64,000 nucleotides of DNA, taken from NCBI RefSeq assembly GCF_009914755.1, contig NC_060936.1. One strand, written 5' to 3'. Positions 32,680 to 50,910 of this stretch are shown piece after piece; positions within the stretch are counted from its first letter, which is position 1, and every line of letters starts with the position of its first letter. Both the position numbers and the translations under genes were made by a program. Source of the DNA: the human T2T-CHM13v2.0 reference genome, Homo sapiens. The notes under the pieces were generated by a model. It was given only the letters and a program-made list of their open reading frames with translations, made no database searches and was not told where the DNA came from.

Positions 32680-32944
32680 TAGCTCCCTATATACTTTGGC
32701 CACTTCTTTGATAGTCTTGTCCTTTTGCTTGAAGGAGAAGACATAGACTATGATGACCTGGTCCGCAGAGGACATCTGGCTGCTTCTAAGGTGATCATAC
32801 TCCAGGTCTGTCACTTTCAGGATGCTGTGAGACCTACATTGGCACGTGTGCCCTGTGTCCCTGCACAGTGTTCTCCTTAGGACCATGGGACAAACCAGCT
32901 GGGAAGCAAACCAGGTATCCTTGCTTTCAATGGGAAAAGGAACC
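32680..32944 (-). pseudogene. Exon remnant of C3orf20-like pseudogene, 3' end lost (VPFPIESKDTWFASQLVCPMVLRRTLC...VTDLEYDHL...DQVIIVYVFS...VAKVYREL)
   Basis: Branch-like CTAAC and acceptor ATATTTCTAG, phase 2 matching the upstream exon; 88 open codons; CPxVLRxxL...CxC...VxDxE...QV pattern resembles recalled C3orf20 CPLVLRKLM...CKC...VSDVE...QVLV. Confidence 0.82.
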
Positions 32945-33546
32945 CTAGAAATATAATGGTTAGAAATCACATTAAAGAAATGAAAGGACAGAAAGGACAC
33001 CCCTGATATACAAGCGATTACTTTAGTAAAGCATTGACATTTAATTCTGGACAGGATTTTATTTACCAACATGTTAAAATATTTGTCAATACACTAAAAG
33101 AGTTAAACATAAGCCTTTTCAGCTATACAGGCACCGATGGCTCTGAAAGAAACATAAAATACGTGTTCAGAGGACCAGTGAATCCAAATGATTGCAAATA
33201 ATTGACCAGCAATTACTAGAATGTTAATTGCACTGTAACATACCTAAGAAGAATGCATACAAGGCTGGTCTGTAAGTTACTTACTTTTATTCCCTTACAG
33301 ATGAGAAAACTGAGGCTCTGGAAATTCAGTAATTATACCAAAAACACACAAGCAGTAAATGACAGCTGTGATTTGAACACATGCATATATTTTTTCTATT
33401 GTAATACTGCTATCTTGCTGGATCCTGAAATATCTGTAAGGTGTTTATGAGTTGGTTTTATTGCCTCTACTAAATAAGCTATGTAGCCCAACAGCTAGAA
33501 TGGAAATCAGAAAGCTAAATTTGGATTCATAATCTGTCACTTACTC

Positions 33547-33847
33547 TTTTTTTTTTTTTTTTTTTTTTTAGACAGAATTTTTGCTCTGTTGCCCAGGCTG
33601 CTGGAGCGCACAATCTCGGCTCACTGCAACCTCCGCCACCTGGGTTCAAGAGATTCTCCCGCCTCAGCCTCCCAAGTAGCTGGGATTATAGGCACCCACC
33701 ATCATGCCGAGTTAATTTTTGTGTTTTTGTAGAGATGAGGCTTCACCATGTTGGCTAGGCTGGCCTTGAACTCCTGACCACAAGTAATCCACCCGTCTAG
33801 GCCTCCCAAAGTGCTGGGATTACAGGTGTGAGCCACCGTACCTGGCC
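33547..33847 (-). mobile_element. AluS
   Basis: TSD TGTCACTTACTCTT. Confidence 0.92.
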
Positions 33848-34051
33848 TGTCACTTACTCTTAATGTGATTGCAAATCTTCTCATTTCTTTGTGCTTCAGT
33901 ATTAACATCTATTATGTAGGGGTAAGTTTGTGTTTCCACAAAACTTCCAGGGGTTATGAAGCATATAAAACCAACCTTTCATGAATTTTAATTAGCTTAA
34001 AGAATTTTATGAGACGCTGAAATTTGTTTAAAAATATAGTATTTTAATTAG

Positions 34052-34883
<832 letters not shown>

Positions 34884-34892
34884 TAACCTGAG

Positions 34893-35260
34893 TGCTGTGG
34901 ACTCAATGTGTCCCCCCAAAATTTGTATGTTGACGCTCCAAACCTCAATGTATTTGGAGATAGAGGCTTTATGGAGGTAATTAAGGTTAAATGATGTTAT
35001 AAGGGTGGGATCCTGATCTGATAAGATTAGTGTCCTTATAAGAAGAGGACACCAGAGAGCTGACTTTTGCTGCCTGCCACGTGAGGACACAGCAATAAGG
35101 TGGCCATCCATAAGCCGGGAAGAGAGCCTTCATCAGATACTGATGCTACGGACCTTGATCATGGACTTCCAGCTTCCAGAACTGTGAGAAAATTAATTTC
35201 TGTCATGTCAGTCCCTTGGGCTCTGGTAGTTTGTTAAAGCAACTGAAGCAAACAAATGCA
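34893..35260 (+). mobile_element. MLT1A/MLT1A0 solo LTR
   Basis: TG...CA ends, GGACTTCCAGCTTCCAGAACTGTGAGAAAA, 5-bp TSD CTGAG/CTAAG. Confidence 0.88.
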
Positions 35261-35921
35261 CTAAGCAACTTAGTGTGATGAATGATCAGCTATGTTTGTT
35301 GAAGCCATGCTTTTTGAAATGTCTTGATGCCTTTCCTCAGTAGAAACGCATTTCTACAAAATGATGGTGATTTACGGTATCTGCTTGGCTTAAGAAAACC
35401 CATGCATGCAAATATAATACATTATTTCAGCATTTGCCTTAATGCCCCACCAGACCTATTTTCAATATATTTTTTCCTTTTTCAGCATAATGTTTATTAG
35501 TGAATTTAGATGCAGGCTAACTTAGAGATGGATCTTCTTTCATGGAAAGACAAACACATAATATCAGCAGAATATTGTTTCTTTGAAATGTTCAGAATAG
35601 TACATTTTGAATTATAGTAAAAGTTTACATATGTGTGTTGGTGTGTGCATATAATGGAGTAGTTAATATATTCATAAAAATATGAAGATAATATAACACC
35701 CCCATGCACACCACCGAGCTTTATTGTATTAATATCAAATATTAATACAAATTAATGCTTTACTCCATTTGCTATATATGTTTATATTTTTTCCATTGTT
35801 ACAATTTGAGACACAACTGAAAGTCCCTGAGGACTCCTGCCTGATTTCACTCAACGTTTTATCCTAATTTTGGTGTATGTCATTCTCATGTATGTCATAT
35901 AAGTATGTAATAACCCATAAT

Positions 35922-36772
<851 letters not shown>

Positions 36773-36779
36773 ACAAACA

Positions 36780-37780
36780 ACTGATACATTCTCTTGTTGA
36801 TGGACATTTACATAATTTCCAATTTTTTACTACAGAGAACTGCTGCAATGAAATTTTTGCACATTTCCTACGGTATAGAATTTCTCTGGATTATTCGTGC
36901 CTTCAATTTTACTAGACATTGCCATATTGTTCAGCAAAGGGTCTATTTGCCAATCATATATTTTGCTAACATTTGTCTCCATCTGTGGCTTGTCTTTTCC
37001 TTCTGCTTATGGTGTCCTTTTTATATGGAAGATTTTTATTTTAATATAGTTAAACTAATTAATCCTATCCCTTATGTTTGTGATTTTTTGGTGTGCATTT
37101 GGTTTAAGAATTTATTTTCAGCCAGGCGAGGTGGCTTATGCCTGTAATCCCAGCACTTTGGGAGGCCGAGGCGGGCGGGTCAGGAGTTTGAGGCCAGCCT
37201 GGCCGACAGGGTGAAACCCCGTTTCTACTAAAAATACAAAAATTAGCCGGGTGTGGTGGTGTGTACCTGTAATCTGTAATCCCAGCTACTTGGGAGGCTG
37301 AGGCAGGACAATTGCTTGAATCTGGGAGGTGGAGGTTGCAGTGAGCAGATCACGCCACTGAACTGCAGCCTGGTTGACAGAGCAAGACTGTCTCAAAAAA
37401 AAAACAAAACAATTTTCTACCTGAAGGTGATAAGAAAAAATTATCCTGATGTTTTCTTCTAAATGTTTTATTATTTGGCTTTTAATGATTAGCTCTTTAC
37501 CTGGAGTTTATTATGGAAAATAGGAATCTAAGATAGATAATCAGTTGTCCCAGCACCATTGATTGAATAATCCATTCCTCCTGGTTTGTAATTCGATCTC
37601 TGTTGTAAATCAAGTTTCCCCATGTTCCTGGGTCAGTCAGGTCTTTCTATTTCTGTTCCATTGGTCTATTTAACTAGCCTGGTGCCAATACTACAATATC
37701 TTAGTTACTATCACGTCATAAAAACCTTAACATCTGATAAAATGAGTCCTCCACTTCCCCCTCACCCCAATGTATTAATG
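36780..37780 (-). mobile_element. L1M fragments with AluS insert (37119-37410, +)
   Basis: TTGATGGACATTT, CAGTTGTCCCAGCACCATT antisense L1 motifs. Confidence 0.65.
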
Positions 37781-38932
37781 CTATTTCCAGAGTGAGCTAT
37801 TAGCTATCTTATATCCTGAAGAGCACAATGACAAAAAAAAAAAAAAAAAAAGAGAAAAGAACTTTCAGAGTGTATGGTTTGGTATAAAATATGAGTGGGC
37901 CATAAGAAGTAGCAAGAGAATCAACAACACCTTCACCAGTGGCTAGGTGCCTGCAGAGAGCTGAGAGCCAGAGGCAGGGATTTATATCAAAGAAATCAGA
38001 TGCATTTGAATTAAAGCTCTGATCTCCACCCTGTAAGAACAGGCTTCTAAGACTCCCAGCTTCAGTGACACTCTTCTTGTTTTCCAATGACCACTGACTC
38101 CTCCATCCCCACCTTTCCTTTCCTGGGGTTTACGGCAGGTAAACACAGCGTGGCAACATCAGGTTCCTGGAGTGGCATTCTGAGCATCCCTGAATAATTC
38201 TGATGTGTCAGCTGGTGTCTGTGGAATCACTAAAAGTCAAGTTTCAAGCTACAACCCTCTACCTCTGCTCAAAAAGGCATTTTAAGTCCTTGCTTTGAGC
38301 AAAGCTTCCAACCTCCTGCCTCAAACACATGGCAATGAGAGGTAAAAGAGAAAAAGAAGCAATCTAAAGGACAAAGCTGCACTCCAACCAAGATGAACAC
38401 CCTGTGCATGGAAGCCAAATCAATAGATTTGCGGGGCTGAAGCCACAGGCTTGCTTGGCTCTAGGTCTAGAAGCAGCGAAAGCAGATATGAATTTAGCTC
38501 TTGTGGGAAAACAGAATAAAATAAAATGCCCCTCTCCAGGCTGGAGAGCAGGGTGGGGGATGTTGCCTGTTTTGCTTCTTGAATCCAAGAACCAGGGTAG
38601 GGCTTCCACTACTCCGCATGAGGCTAGAATAGCTGCTGTCTACTCCTGCTTGGCCACATGATGGCTCACAGGATGCTTCGTGCCCAGGCAGATGAGAGAA
38701 CATGGCCACGGCCGCCCAACCAGGACTAAGCTAAACTGCTTGCTGGCCTGGAGACTGGATCTGCAATAGTTCTAATATTCATGAAGTGAGACATCCAAGC
38801 CACCATTATTAGACCTGGTTCAACCACTAAATGGGAGGAAACCTTGCTCATGCGCACACACACCCGCACCCACCCATCTGCCCCAACACACACACAGAGA
38901 AAGAGAAAGGAAAAACCTTCCACTCAAGATGA

Positions 38933-39578
<646 letters not shown>

Positions 39579-39785
39579 TTAAAAGTTATTTTAAAAATGT
39601 ATGTTTAGAATCCTAAACATAAAAAATGACGGAATAAATAACTGAAAAAAAGGATTAAAAGACTTTTAGTTACCATAGGATGAATTGAACACTCAGGTTT
39701 ACTTTAACTCCTTGCTAATATCTTACCACAGAGACTATTAAAGGGTAATAAAGGTAAAAACCTAGAGGCCTATTGTATCACGTGT

Positions 39786-40310
39786 TATATCAGTAAGGAT
39801 GCCTTTCTTTGGCTGCAAGTAATGCAGCTCAAACTGGCTTACTAAGGACACTTACGGGCTCCCACAATTGGAAGTCTAGAGGCAGGGCTTTGCAGGTGGC
39901 ACTGCCCAGTGGCTCCAGATCTATCCCCCTCGTCTTCTGTGTCAGCTTCTTCTGCAGGAAGGTAACAGATGGCCAACCAGCTCCAGGTCTCACACCTACT
40001 CAGAACAACCATTACAGAGGAGAGTGGGCTTCTGATGCCAGCATTCCAAACCAAAAGCCTGGGACTCACTATGTCTTGTGTCACATGCTCACCCCCAACC
40101 CCACCGACCAATGACTGTTGCCAGATACATGAAAATTCTCAATTGCCTTAAATCCCAAGGCTCATCCTTGGAGCTTTGGCTGTGGTCAACTGCCCCCGAT
40201 GCATCTGGGTGATTGAGGGAATGGGCAGACACTAAATAAACCCAGGGTTCTATGAGGAAGGATGAAGACAGAAATGACTCCAGGTGTTCAATTAAAAATA
40301 TTCACTCAGT
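39786..40310 (-). mobile_element. MLT1K/L-like LTR
   Basis: TTGGCTGCAAGTAA...CTCAAACTGGCTTA...GGAAGTCTAGAGGCAGGG. Confidence 0.6.
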
Positions 40311-40340
40311 GCTGTATGTGGAAACTTTTTTTAAAATGTT

Positions 40341-40640
<300 letters not shown>

Positions 40641-41917
40641 TTACCAATATCACCACAAATATTTGGTGCACCACTTAAAATGTGCACTTTCTGAAAAAAT
40701 TAGAAACAAAGCATAAAAAGTTAGGGAAAGGGATATGTTAATACTCGTTCACTGGTAAATTGTTATTTGTATAGACCGTGATAGCAGATAAAACTCTCTG
40801 ATACCCTGCTTATGCGTTGCCTCACACTATGAGTGACTATATTCCTTTTGTCAAATAGCACTTATATAGACAGTGCTCAAAGTAAGTTATCTGACTGAAT
40901 ATCACTTTTAATTTATAGTCTGCTCTAGCCTTGTCAAAAAACCTGCACACTGTTGCATAGACATCCTTTTTCTTTTTTATCAGTAGTAAATGGGCTTTAA
41001 AAATAATTCTGTCCTTATTCTCAGAAGCATGTTGCATACTGGGATGGATGGTTCTGGAAATGAAGGGATGTTTACCCTTGCCACTGTATTTCAATACCAT
41101 AAATGGTGACTGTGAATCATTACAAAAAATGTGGCAACTTGCTTGTGTCTAAAAGGAGCAACTGGAACTAGAAAGTGTGATTACATAGGGACCTTGTAGG
41201 TTTGTTAATTGATCTGCAGCTAAACCTTAATGTGTTTGTGTGTCTGCTCATTGCCCTCAGCATTTCAAGACATCTAAATACTACCATAAAACCAGCATTT
41301 TCCTGTGCATTGACTTCTCATGTGAAAACAGTTACTGAAGTTGGCAAAAAATAAATTTTAAAGTTTGGATGAAGGTATTTTTGGTCTGTTTAGTGCTCTT
41401 CTCAGGTTTTTCAATAAACTTGCATTTTGAGGGTTGTATCGGCAACTTCAGCTTTCAATGTGCATCATGGTGGAAGGTGCTGAGTTTATTGGAAGGGAAT
41501 GGAAAGACAAAGTTACCATGAGGAGGATCCGCAGACCACGTCCTAAAAAGAAATTGGCTCAGCCCTCCACGAATTGGGTCTTTGGGCTACTTAAAATAGA
41601 AGTAAACATTTTTTTAAAGTTAGGGAAATTAACAAGCCTCTCCGTATACCCATAGATATAGGGAATCTCACTGAGTTTCTCAGACACATGATAAAACAGC
41701 ATACATCTCTCACTTACAGGTGGAATATAACATTAACCATCTTGCACTGAGGAGTTACAGATTGGTAGACACAGTGCCAAAAACTTGATAAGCTTGTCTC
41801 ATTTCATCCTTACACAACCTTGTGAAGTAGGTATTATTATTGTGCTTTTTACACATAAGGAAACAGAAGCTTATTCTGCAATTACAGAGGAAGTAAAAAG
41901 CAAAAGAAAGAAACAGA

Positions 41918-42724
<807 letters not shown>

Positions 42725-43399
42725 TTAGAGAGGCACATGATTGCAGAAGTTCACGTAGCGAATACATTCTACTTGTGTCGTATCAGGACATTATGCTGTT
42801 GTCCCTCCACCAGGTATCAGCCTATCCATCGCAAGTCAAACACAGGATTTGGTTGGAAATGGAACTCCAGCATGGAAACCATACAGAGGAGTGATCACAG
42901 GAAAGATAGATGTTCTTGCACATGGTGCTTATTTTTAATTCATAGGTTAGGTGAAGTCTTTATGTTTTTTAATTCAAGATTTAGAGTCCAGTTGTGGATT
43001 TAAAAGTTGCAGTTAAGTTTTTGCAGAAATAAATAAAGCCCTTATTGAATTGGTATTAATCTCTTCAAATGTCATTGCTATTTGAGTAACTGAGCCATAA
43101 AAATAATTTTACAGTGACATGTGAAATGATTGGGTTTTGACTTCGTAAATTCGAAAGTCTGAATAAACATTTTGGAGCTGCCTTGCACAGTGCCTGCTCG
43201 CTTCATCGTTGCAGATTTTAAAGGATTGGGATAATTTTGTTATTTGCACACAGTTCTGGCCTGAGGTCAAGGGGCCATGATATGGCCCCAACCCTGCCTA
43301 TCATTCGTGTCGCCCTAAGACCCAGCAAAACCAAACTGCTCAGCATTCCTACGATTTGCCTGCATTGTCCCTCCTACGTGACTTTGCTCCAACCCCTGT

Positions 43400-43650
43400 G
43401 TTGCTGCTCACTAGCTGTGTCTTTGGGCAAATTACCTAACCTCTCTGAGCCTCAGTTGCTTTAGCTCTAAAATGGGGGCTGGGGAGGACAGTGAGGGTTA
43501 TAATTATAATTAACTAATTATAATTAATCCCTTAGGTGTGTTGTGAACGTTAAATGAAATCCTGCAAGTAGAGTGTTTAGCATGGTGTCTAGTGTATGGT
43601 AACTGGTCAGCAAATGTTAACCATCCCTAACATTATTAGGGTCATTACTA
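43400..43650 (+). mobile_element. MIR
   Basis: TTGGGCAAATTACCTAACCTCTCTGAGCCTCAGTT core. Confidence 0.8.
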
Positions 43651-43770
43651 TCCTTCTCATCACTCATCTCTCCACCTAGAATACCCAACCCTCCTTACCT
43701 GCCTATCCCAATTCTCCCCCTCACTCAAGACTCTGGTCAAAAATGCACTATAAAATAATCCTGTCTTTCT

Positions 43771-44464
<694 letters not shown>

Positions 44465-45435
44465 TCCTTCCTTATTTTTCATTTATTAATAGTATACACT
44501 ATCTTACGTCTTCCTGCAGCCTTGAAGCCTTGGGAAGACTGGGGCCAAGTCTTTATGTTGCCCCCTGGGCCTAGCTCACACACCTGTCAGTAGCGGATAA
44601 CAGCCACTGGTTGCATGAATTCATACCACGGTCAGGGGTCTGACAGCACTGCTTGCTTTAGTGGCGTTAGTAAAGTATCATGGCAATACTTCGAATACAG
44701 GAAACATTGCCCTCATTGTATTTACAACTTTTCTTTCAATGCACAGTCTGCACCAAATGTTACTGAAGCGATATTAGGTTTGGGAGCTCGAGGGAGTCTC
44801 AGCTCCTGGGGGGTCTTGGAAGATGTGTGCTCAGCTAAATTACAGCATGTGTGGTGTTAGGGGGCAAGGCTTCGCTTAAGGCTTCCAAAGGCTGCCACGC
44901 AGTAGAGAGACCAAGCTGCTCCTGCAGCAACCCCCTTCCCTCCCACATGCTACCTAAACCTGGAGAGAGTGACACACGGCCTTCTCTGCCTGAGGTAGGA
45001 AGCAGCCCTGTTTGGTGGCTAGTCCTGGAGATACAAATGCAGAAAGAACAGGGCATTTTATGCTGGTGAAGATAATAAGGGCACATTTCCCCCAGGAGAG
45101 TTGGTATGAGAAGGCAAGAGAAGCAGGAACTTGTGGCACTTATATACTATCACCAAGTATAGATTAAGGACTTTTCAGCATAGGGCCAGGTTTTGAACAA
45201 GCATTCACTAAAGAAATGAAAACAAACTGAGTCATGATCCCAGATTGATGTGGCTCCACTGCTAAACAGGAAGCCTCTTAGCAAGCAGACTGAGGAGAGC
45301 TCAAAGGCTTGAATCTGGGCATGTGCATTTGTCCCAGTTTTAGGAAAGATTTTCAGTTGATTGCATGAAAGTGGCCACTCCTTAACCCAAACATGAGCTG
45401 GGCTATGAATTATTAAGGCAAAGGAAGCTGGTTAC

Positions 45436-45661
45436 CGGAAGGTCTGATTGCCGGCTGGGGCCTTCCGGATGTGACAAAGAGGCAAAGGCTTCAAGACACC
45501 CTTTTGTTCTAGGAAGGTATTTCGGCATTGAAGGTACTCCTTATCCTCGCCTTTCTCCTTTGCACCTTGTTTCAGAGAAACTTTTGCTGATGAGGCGTTC
45601 TCTTTCCTGGGTACTATTTGTGGAAACTTGGTTATTTTGCAAATGTGCTGCGGTTCCATTC
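45436..45661 (-). pseudogene. Exon remnant of C3orf20-like pseudogene (GMEPQHICKITKFPQ...KAPAGNQTFR)
   Basis: Acceptor TTTTGTTTACATTTCAG, donor CCG|GTAACC; 226 bp phase 1/2, open frame, phase-compatible with exons at 47843-47987 and 32680-32944. Confidence 0.72.
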
Positions 45662-45919
45662 CTGAAATGTAAACAAAATGTATTCCTCCCAGCAGCCTCA
45701 GTAGACCAAGGCATCTGTAGGCTGAGCTGTTTGGGTTAAGTTGGCTGCTATAGTCTGGATGCTCCTTCACCCATTTACAGAAGTTCCTTCTGTTCGTTCT
45801 TCAATTTTAAATGCACCTCTTGTTCTACTCAGAGGACACATGGCATCTATGTAATAAAGAAAGTTTCCAGGCTATCAACAAATCTAAACCGTAAGAGTTT
45901 GATTGCACTTATCTTGTAC

Positions 45920-46100
45920 CGGGAAATGAGCCAGGCACTTTAAATACATTATCCCATTGAAGGAAGTGCCCCCATGAGTTGAATACTCTTATTTTCATGA
46001 TATCACAGATAAGTTCAAGTCACTTGGCTAGACAGAGGCAGAATCAGGATTTCGACAGGCCTATGTGATTCCAGACTGAGCTTTTACTTACCATGCTCTA
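45920..46100 (-). mobile_element. MIR
   Basis: GCCAGGCACTTTAAATACATTATC...GGCAGAATCAGGATTT. Confidence 0.6.
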
Positions 46101-46107
46101 TAGAGAC

Positions 46108-46679
46108 CAGTGCTTCCCATTTTTTTTACATCACATGGAAAAGTGTAAATTGTAAAGCACATATACATATAGATCCTTATCATAGAAAATGTACTATTAA
46201 GAAAGAAGGCCAGGTGCAGTGGCTCATGCCTGTAATCCCAGCACTATGGGAGGCGGTTGTGAGTGGATTGCTTGAGCCCAGGAATTTGAGACCAGCCTAG
46301 GCAACATGGTGAAACCACTGTCTCTACAAAAAAAAAATTAGCTGGGCATGGTAGTGTACACCTGCAGTACCAGCTACTGGGAGGCTGAGGTGGGAGGATC
46401 ACTTAAGCCCAGGAGGCGGATGTTGTAGTGAGCTGACGTGCTACTGCACTCCAGCCTGGGCATCAGAGCCAGATCATGTCTAAAAAAACAAGAAAAAGAA
46501 AAGAAAAGATGATGTATTTGTGTGGCACACTGGGATAAATTTACTAGGCTGCTTGTGGGTGGAAGCAACTATCCCAGTGGCTTAATCACCCCAGCCCAGC
46601 TGAGTGGCCCTGAAGGCTGGTAATGTCCACTTTTCAGTTCCTGTGTACAACATCTGAGGCACACCCTTTGGGAAGCTCT
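46108..46679. mobile_element. hAT-Charlie element (MER112-like) with AluJ insert (46208-46507, +)
   Basis: Termini CAGTGCTTCCCA...TGGGAAGCTCT; internal TATTTGTGTGGCACACTGGG. Confidence 0.6.
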
Positions 46680-46746
46680 ACTCTATACCACAGTATACAG
46701 CAAACTACCTCCCCAAATGGAGAAGCTTGCCTTTGGATTTAGCATA

Positions 46747-47355
46747 TAGTCAACGTGCACTATTCACAGATTGTGTATCATGTCTTTGACTGCTTGCTAA
46801 AATTTATTTGTAAACCTCAGTGTCAGTATTGGTGGCACTCTTGTTGTCATTCACAGATAGGTGCAGAGCAGTGAAAAATTTGAGTTACCTCTTGTGAATG
46901 TTCCCAGCTGAGGTCGAACAAGCCTACGCTCTTCTTGTTTCAGGGATACTGTAAACGTGTCTCTTTGTGGTCTGTTTAGTGGCGTGTTTCTTGCATTTCT
47001 GTGCTGTTGTTGGTGATGCTGTTTAAAATGAGCTGCAAGTGCAATACTGATGTGTTGTCTAGTGTTCTAAGCTCAAGAAGTCTGTGATGTGCCTTACAGA
47101 AAAAATACACGTGGTAAGTAAACTTTCAGGGTGAGTTAAAGTGCTGTTGGCCATAAAGTCAATGTTAATGTATCAACGATATCTAGTAAATAAGGTGTTT
47201 TTAAAGAGAAACACGTAAAATGAGGTTATGTATTGATCAATTGACGAAAATATTGTGACCCTGGGAGCTACCCCTACCAGCAATGGTTCAGTATTTGCTT
47301 AGTGTTTGCCAAGACTTTACAGAACCTAATTTCCATGAATAACGAGAATAAACCG
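46747..47355 (+). mobile_element. MER82 (TcMar-Tigger)
   Basis: GTTCCCAGCTGAGGTCGAACAAG, GTGATGTGCCTTACAGAAAAAATACAC, AATAACGAGAAT terminus. Confidence 0.82.
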
Positions 47356-47842
47356 TGTTATATCATCAGTCAAGAACTGAAACTGTGATAGGCTCTGTAG
47401 TTAACACCAACTACGAGTTAACATTGCAACGGCACACTCCACTGTGGGAACACAGGCCTCTTCTCAACACAGCAGGTGAACCAAAGACATGGGCAAGGAT
47501 TGAGGTTTTGGTGGGAACGCTAAGAGGTGATGGTTGAGGGGTGAGAGCATTTTCCAATCCAAAAAATGAGTATGAAAGCACCTCTCCTTAAGAAAACACA
47601 GAAGTGGCCAGATATATTCTTTTCTTCAAAAAGAGAAAGGAAATAAAATCAAGTTTGCTTCTCTTTTCCTGCTACAGTCTATCACCTGCATCCATGACAA
47701 GAATCCTTCTGCATAGGGCTTTACAGTTTACAAACTCACCACCTCAGGAAGGAGGGAAGAGGTATTTAAATGCTGGTTCTCTGGAAGTCTGAATGATGGG
47801 AACCGGCTATTATGAAGCAACACAATGGATTCCATAACTGAC

Positions 47843-47987
47843 CCAATGCAAATCTGTACTGATTATAGCCAGTGAATGAGGATGTGCCGGACTTTTCTCT
47901 ACAGTCTTCTTAGCTTGATAGCTGTGGCAATGTCACGCATGGGGCTTATGTCCACTGCTGGATCAAATGTATCTGTATCCACTGGGT
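47843..47987 (-). pseudogene. Disabled exon of C3orf20-like pseudogene (DPVDTDTFDPAVDISPMRDIATAIKLRRL*RKVRHILIHWL/NQYRFALG)
   Basis: Acceptor TTTAACAG, donor TGG|GTCAGT; in-frame TAG at 47899-47901; 145 bp is 1 nt too long for phase 1/1. Confidence 0.72.
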
Positions 47988-48027
47988 CTGTTAAACTTGA
48001 AGGCTTCAAAACAGAAAGATGTGTGTT

Positions 48028-48028
<1 letters not shown>

Positions 48029-48074
<46 letters not shown>

Positions 48075-48082
48075 GAGAGAGA
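48029..48082. repeat. (CA)n-(TA)n-(GA)n microsatellite
   Basis: Direct reading. Confidence 0.95.
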
Positions 48083-48197
48083 GTATTTACTATATACATG
48101 ATTAGCAAACATCAATTCTGTCACTTGTTCATTCATTAGGTAGGTCATTCAACAAGTGTTTATGCCATTTATGGGCCAGGTACAAAAACTAAGACTA

Positions 48198-48533
<336 letters not shown>

Positions 48534-48908
48534 TTACAAACTTAAAAATGTTAAGAAGGTAAATTTTATGTCATGTATATCTGACTGCAATAAAAAGGGG
48601 GTAAGAAAAAGCCATTTCCCTCCACCAAGGAGCTCACAGTCAGTGAAGAACTGGTTGGGTTAACAATTACCATACAGTACAGGGGCTGTGTTAGATGGAA
48701 GTAGAATGTTACCAGAGCATAAGTAGGAAATTTAATGTTTGTAATATTGACTTTCTATTTAGCAGAAGTTTCTAAGAAGTACATCATGAAGACATTAAAG
48801 TATATTGTTATAGTGAGTAGTATGTGTGATCTTTTCAAAACATATTGGGTATATAGTTATTTTCATTTGGATGAGCTCATGTGACTAGAAAAATTGTTGA
48901 TAATTTAG

Positions 48909-48998
48909 TTTTTTTGTGGGGTTTTTATTTTTTATTTTTTTTGAGGCAGAGTCTCACTCTTGTTGCCCAGGCTGGAGTGCAATGGCATGACCTCGGCT
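48909..48998 (-). mobile_element. Short Alu 3' fragment
   Basis: T-rich tail plus about 55 bp of right arm. Confidence 0.8.
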
Positions 48999-49841
48999 TG
49001 GACATTTACATACTTACATATAAAATTAGGCATGATTGTATACTTAACTCATTATCCAGGTGTAATTTGCATAATTTTGGCACGTCACAGCAGACCCAGA
49101 GGAAAGTGTGCAGAAACCAGGAAGAATATGAAGAGAACACAGGATTCAACGACCCATGAAGAGATTATTGAAGTGGATAATAGGGAGAGTTTTGGGGAAT
49201 TTGGTCTACAGAAATCAGGCAATAAAAGTTGAGATTTTATCTTGAATCCCGGAAAAATCAACCACATCTGAAGGGCAGGGACTTGAACTTCCTTGTCATA
49301 ATGAATTCAAAAAAGACTCAGAGAACCCATTTGTGGGATTGATAAAAATCACTAAAAAATGTGTATATTAGTTCCTGAGTCTCAGCCTCCAAAATTTGGT
49401 GGGTAAATAAACTTCAGAAAAGTTTAAAATTTAAGTAGAGAGATAAATTAATCCCACAATATTAAAACTTTAACGTATATGAATAAATTTTGAGTTATGA
49501 GATAATCTTGTGTATTTATTATGTTTGAAATATTAAAGAGATTTCAGCCAGTTAGAGAATGTGAGAGATTTCCTTTGGGCTTTCAACTTAAATTTGAGTA
49601 AACTGATTTTAGATTTGTGATTATTAAGTTTATAAGTTTAAGGTAGTTTGACTAAGTTCAAAAATATAATTGGAATATTTAAGAGAACTTGAGATTCCTC
49701 CAAATTTAATTTATTTGCTTTATCAAAGTTAAGAACTTGAGAATGTTTTTCTTGTTAGGGTTATAAATACTTAAAGGGGAAGTACTTAAAGGGGAACAAA
49801 ATATATTCAAAATATAAATGCACTTTAAAATATATGAAGGG

Positions 49842-50910
<1,069 letters not shown>

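Noticed and set aside
44556-44573. CTCF-like TGCCCCCTGG
   Set aside because: Second half of the motif does not match
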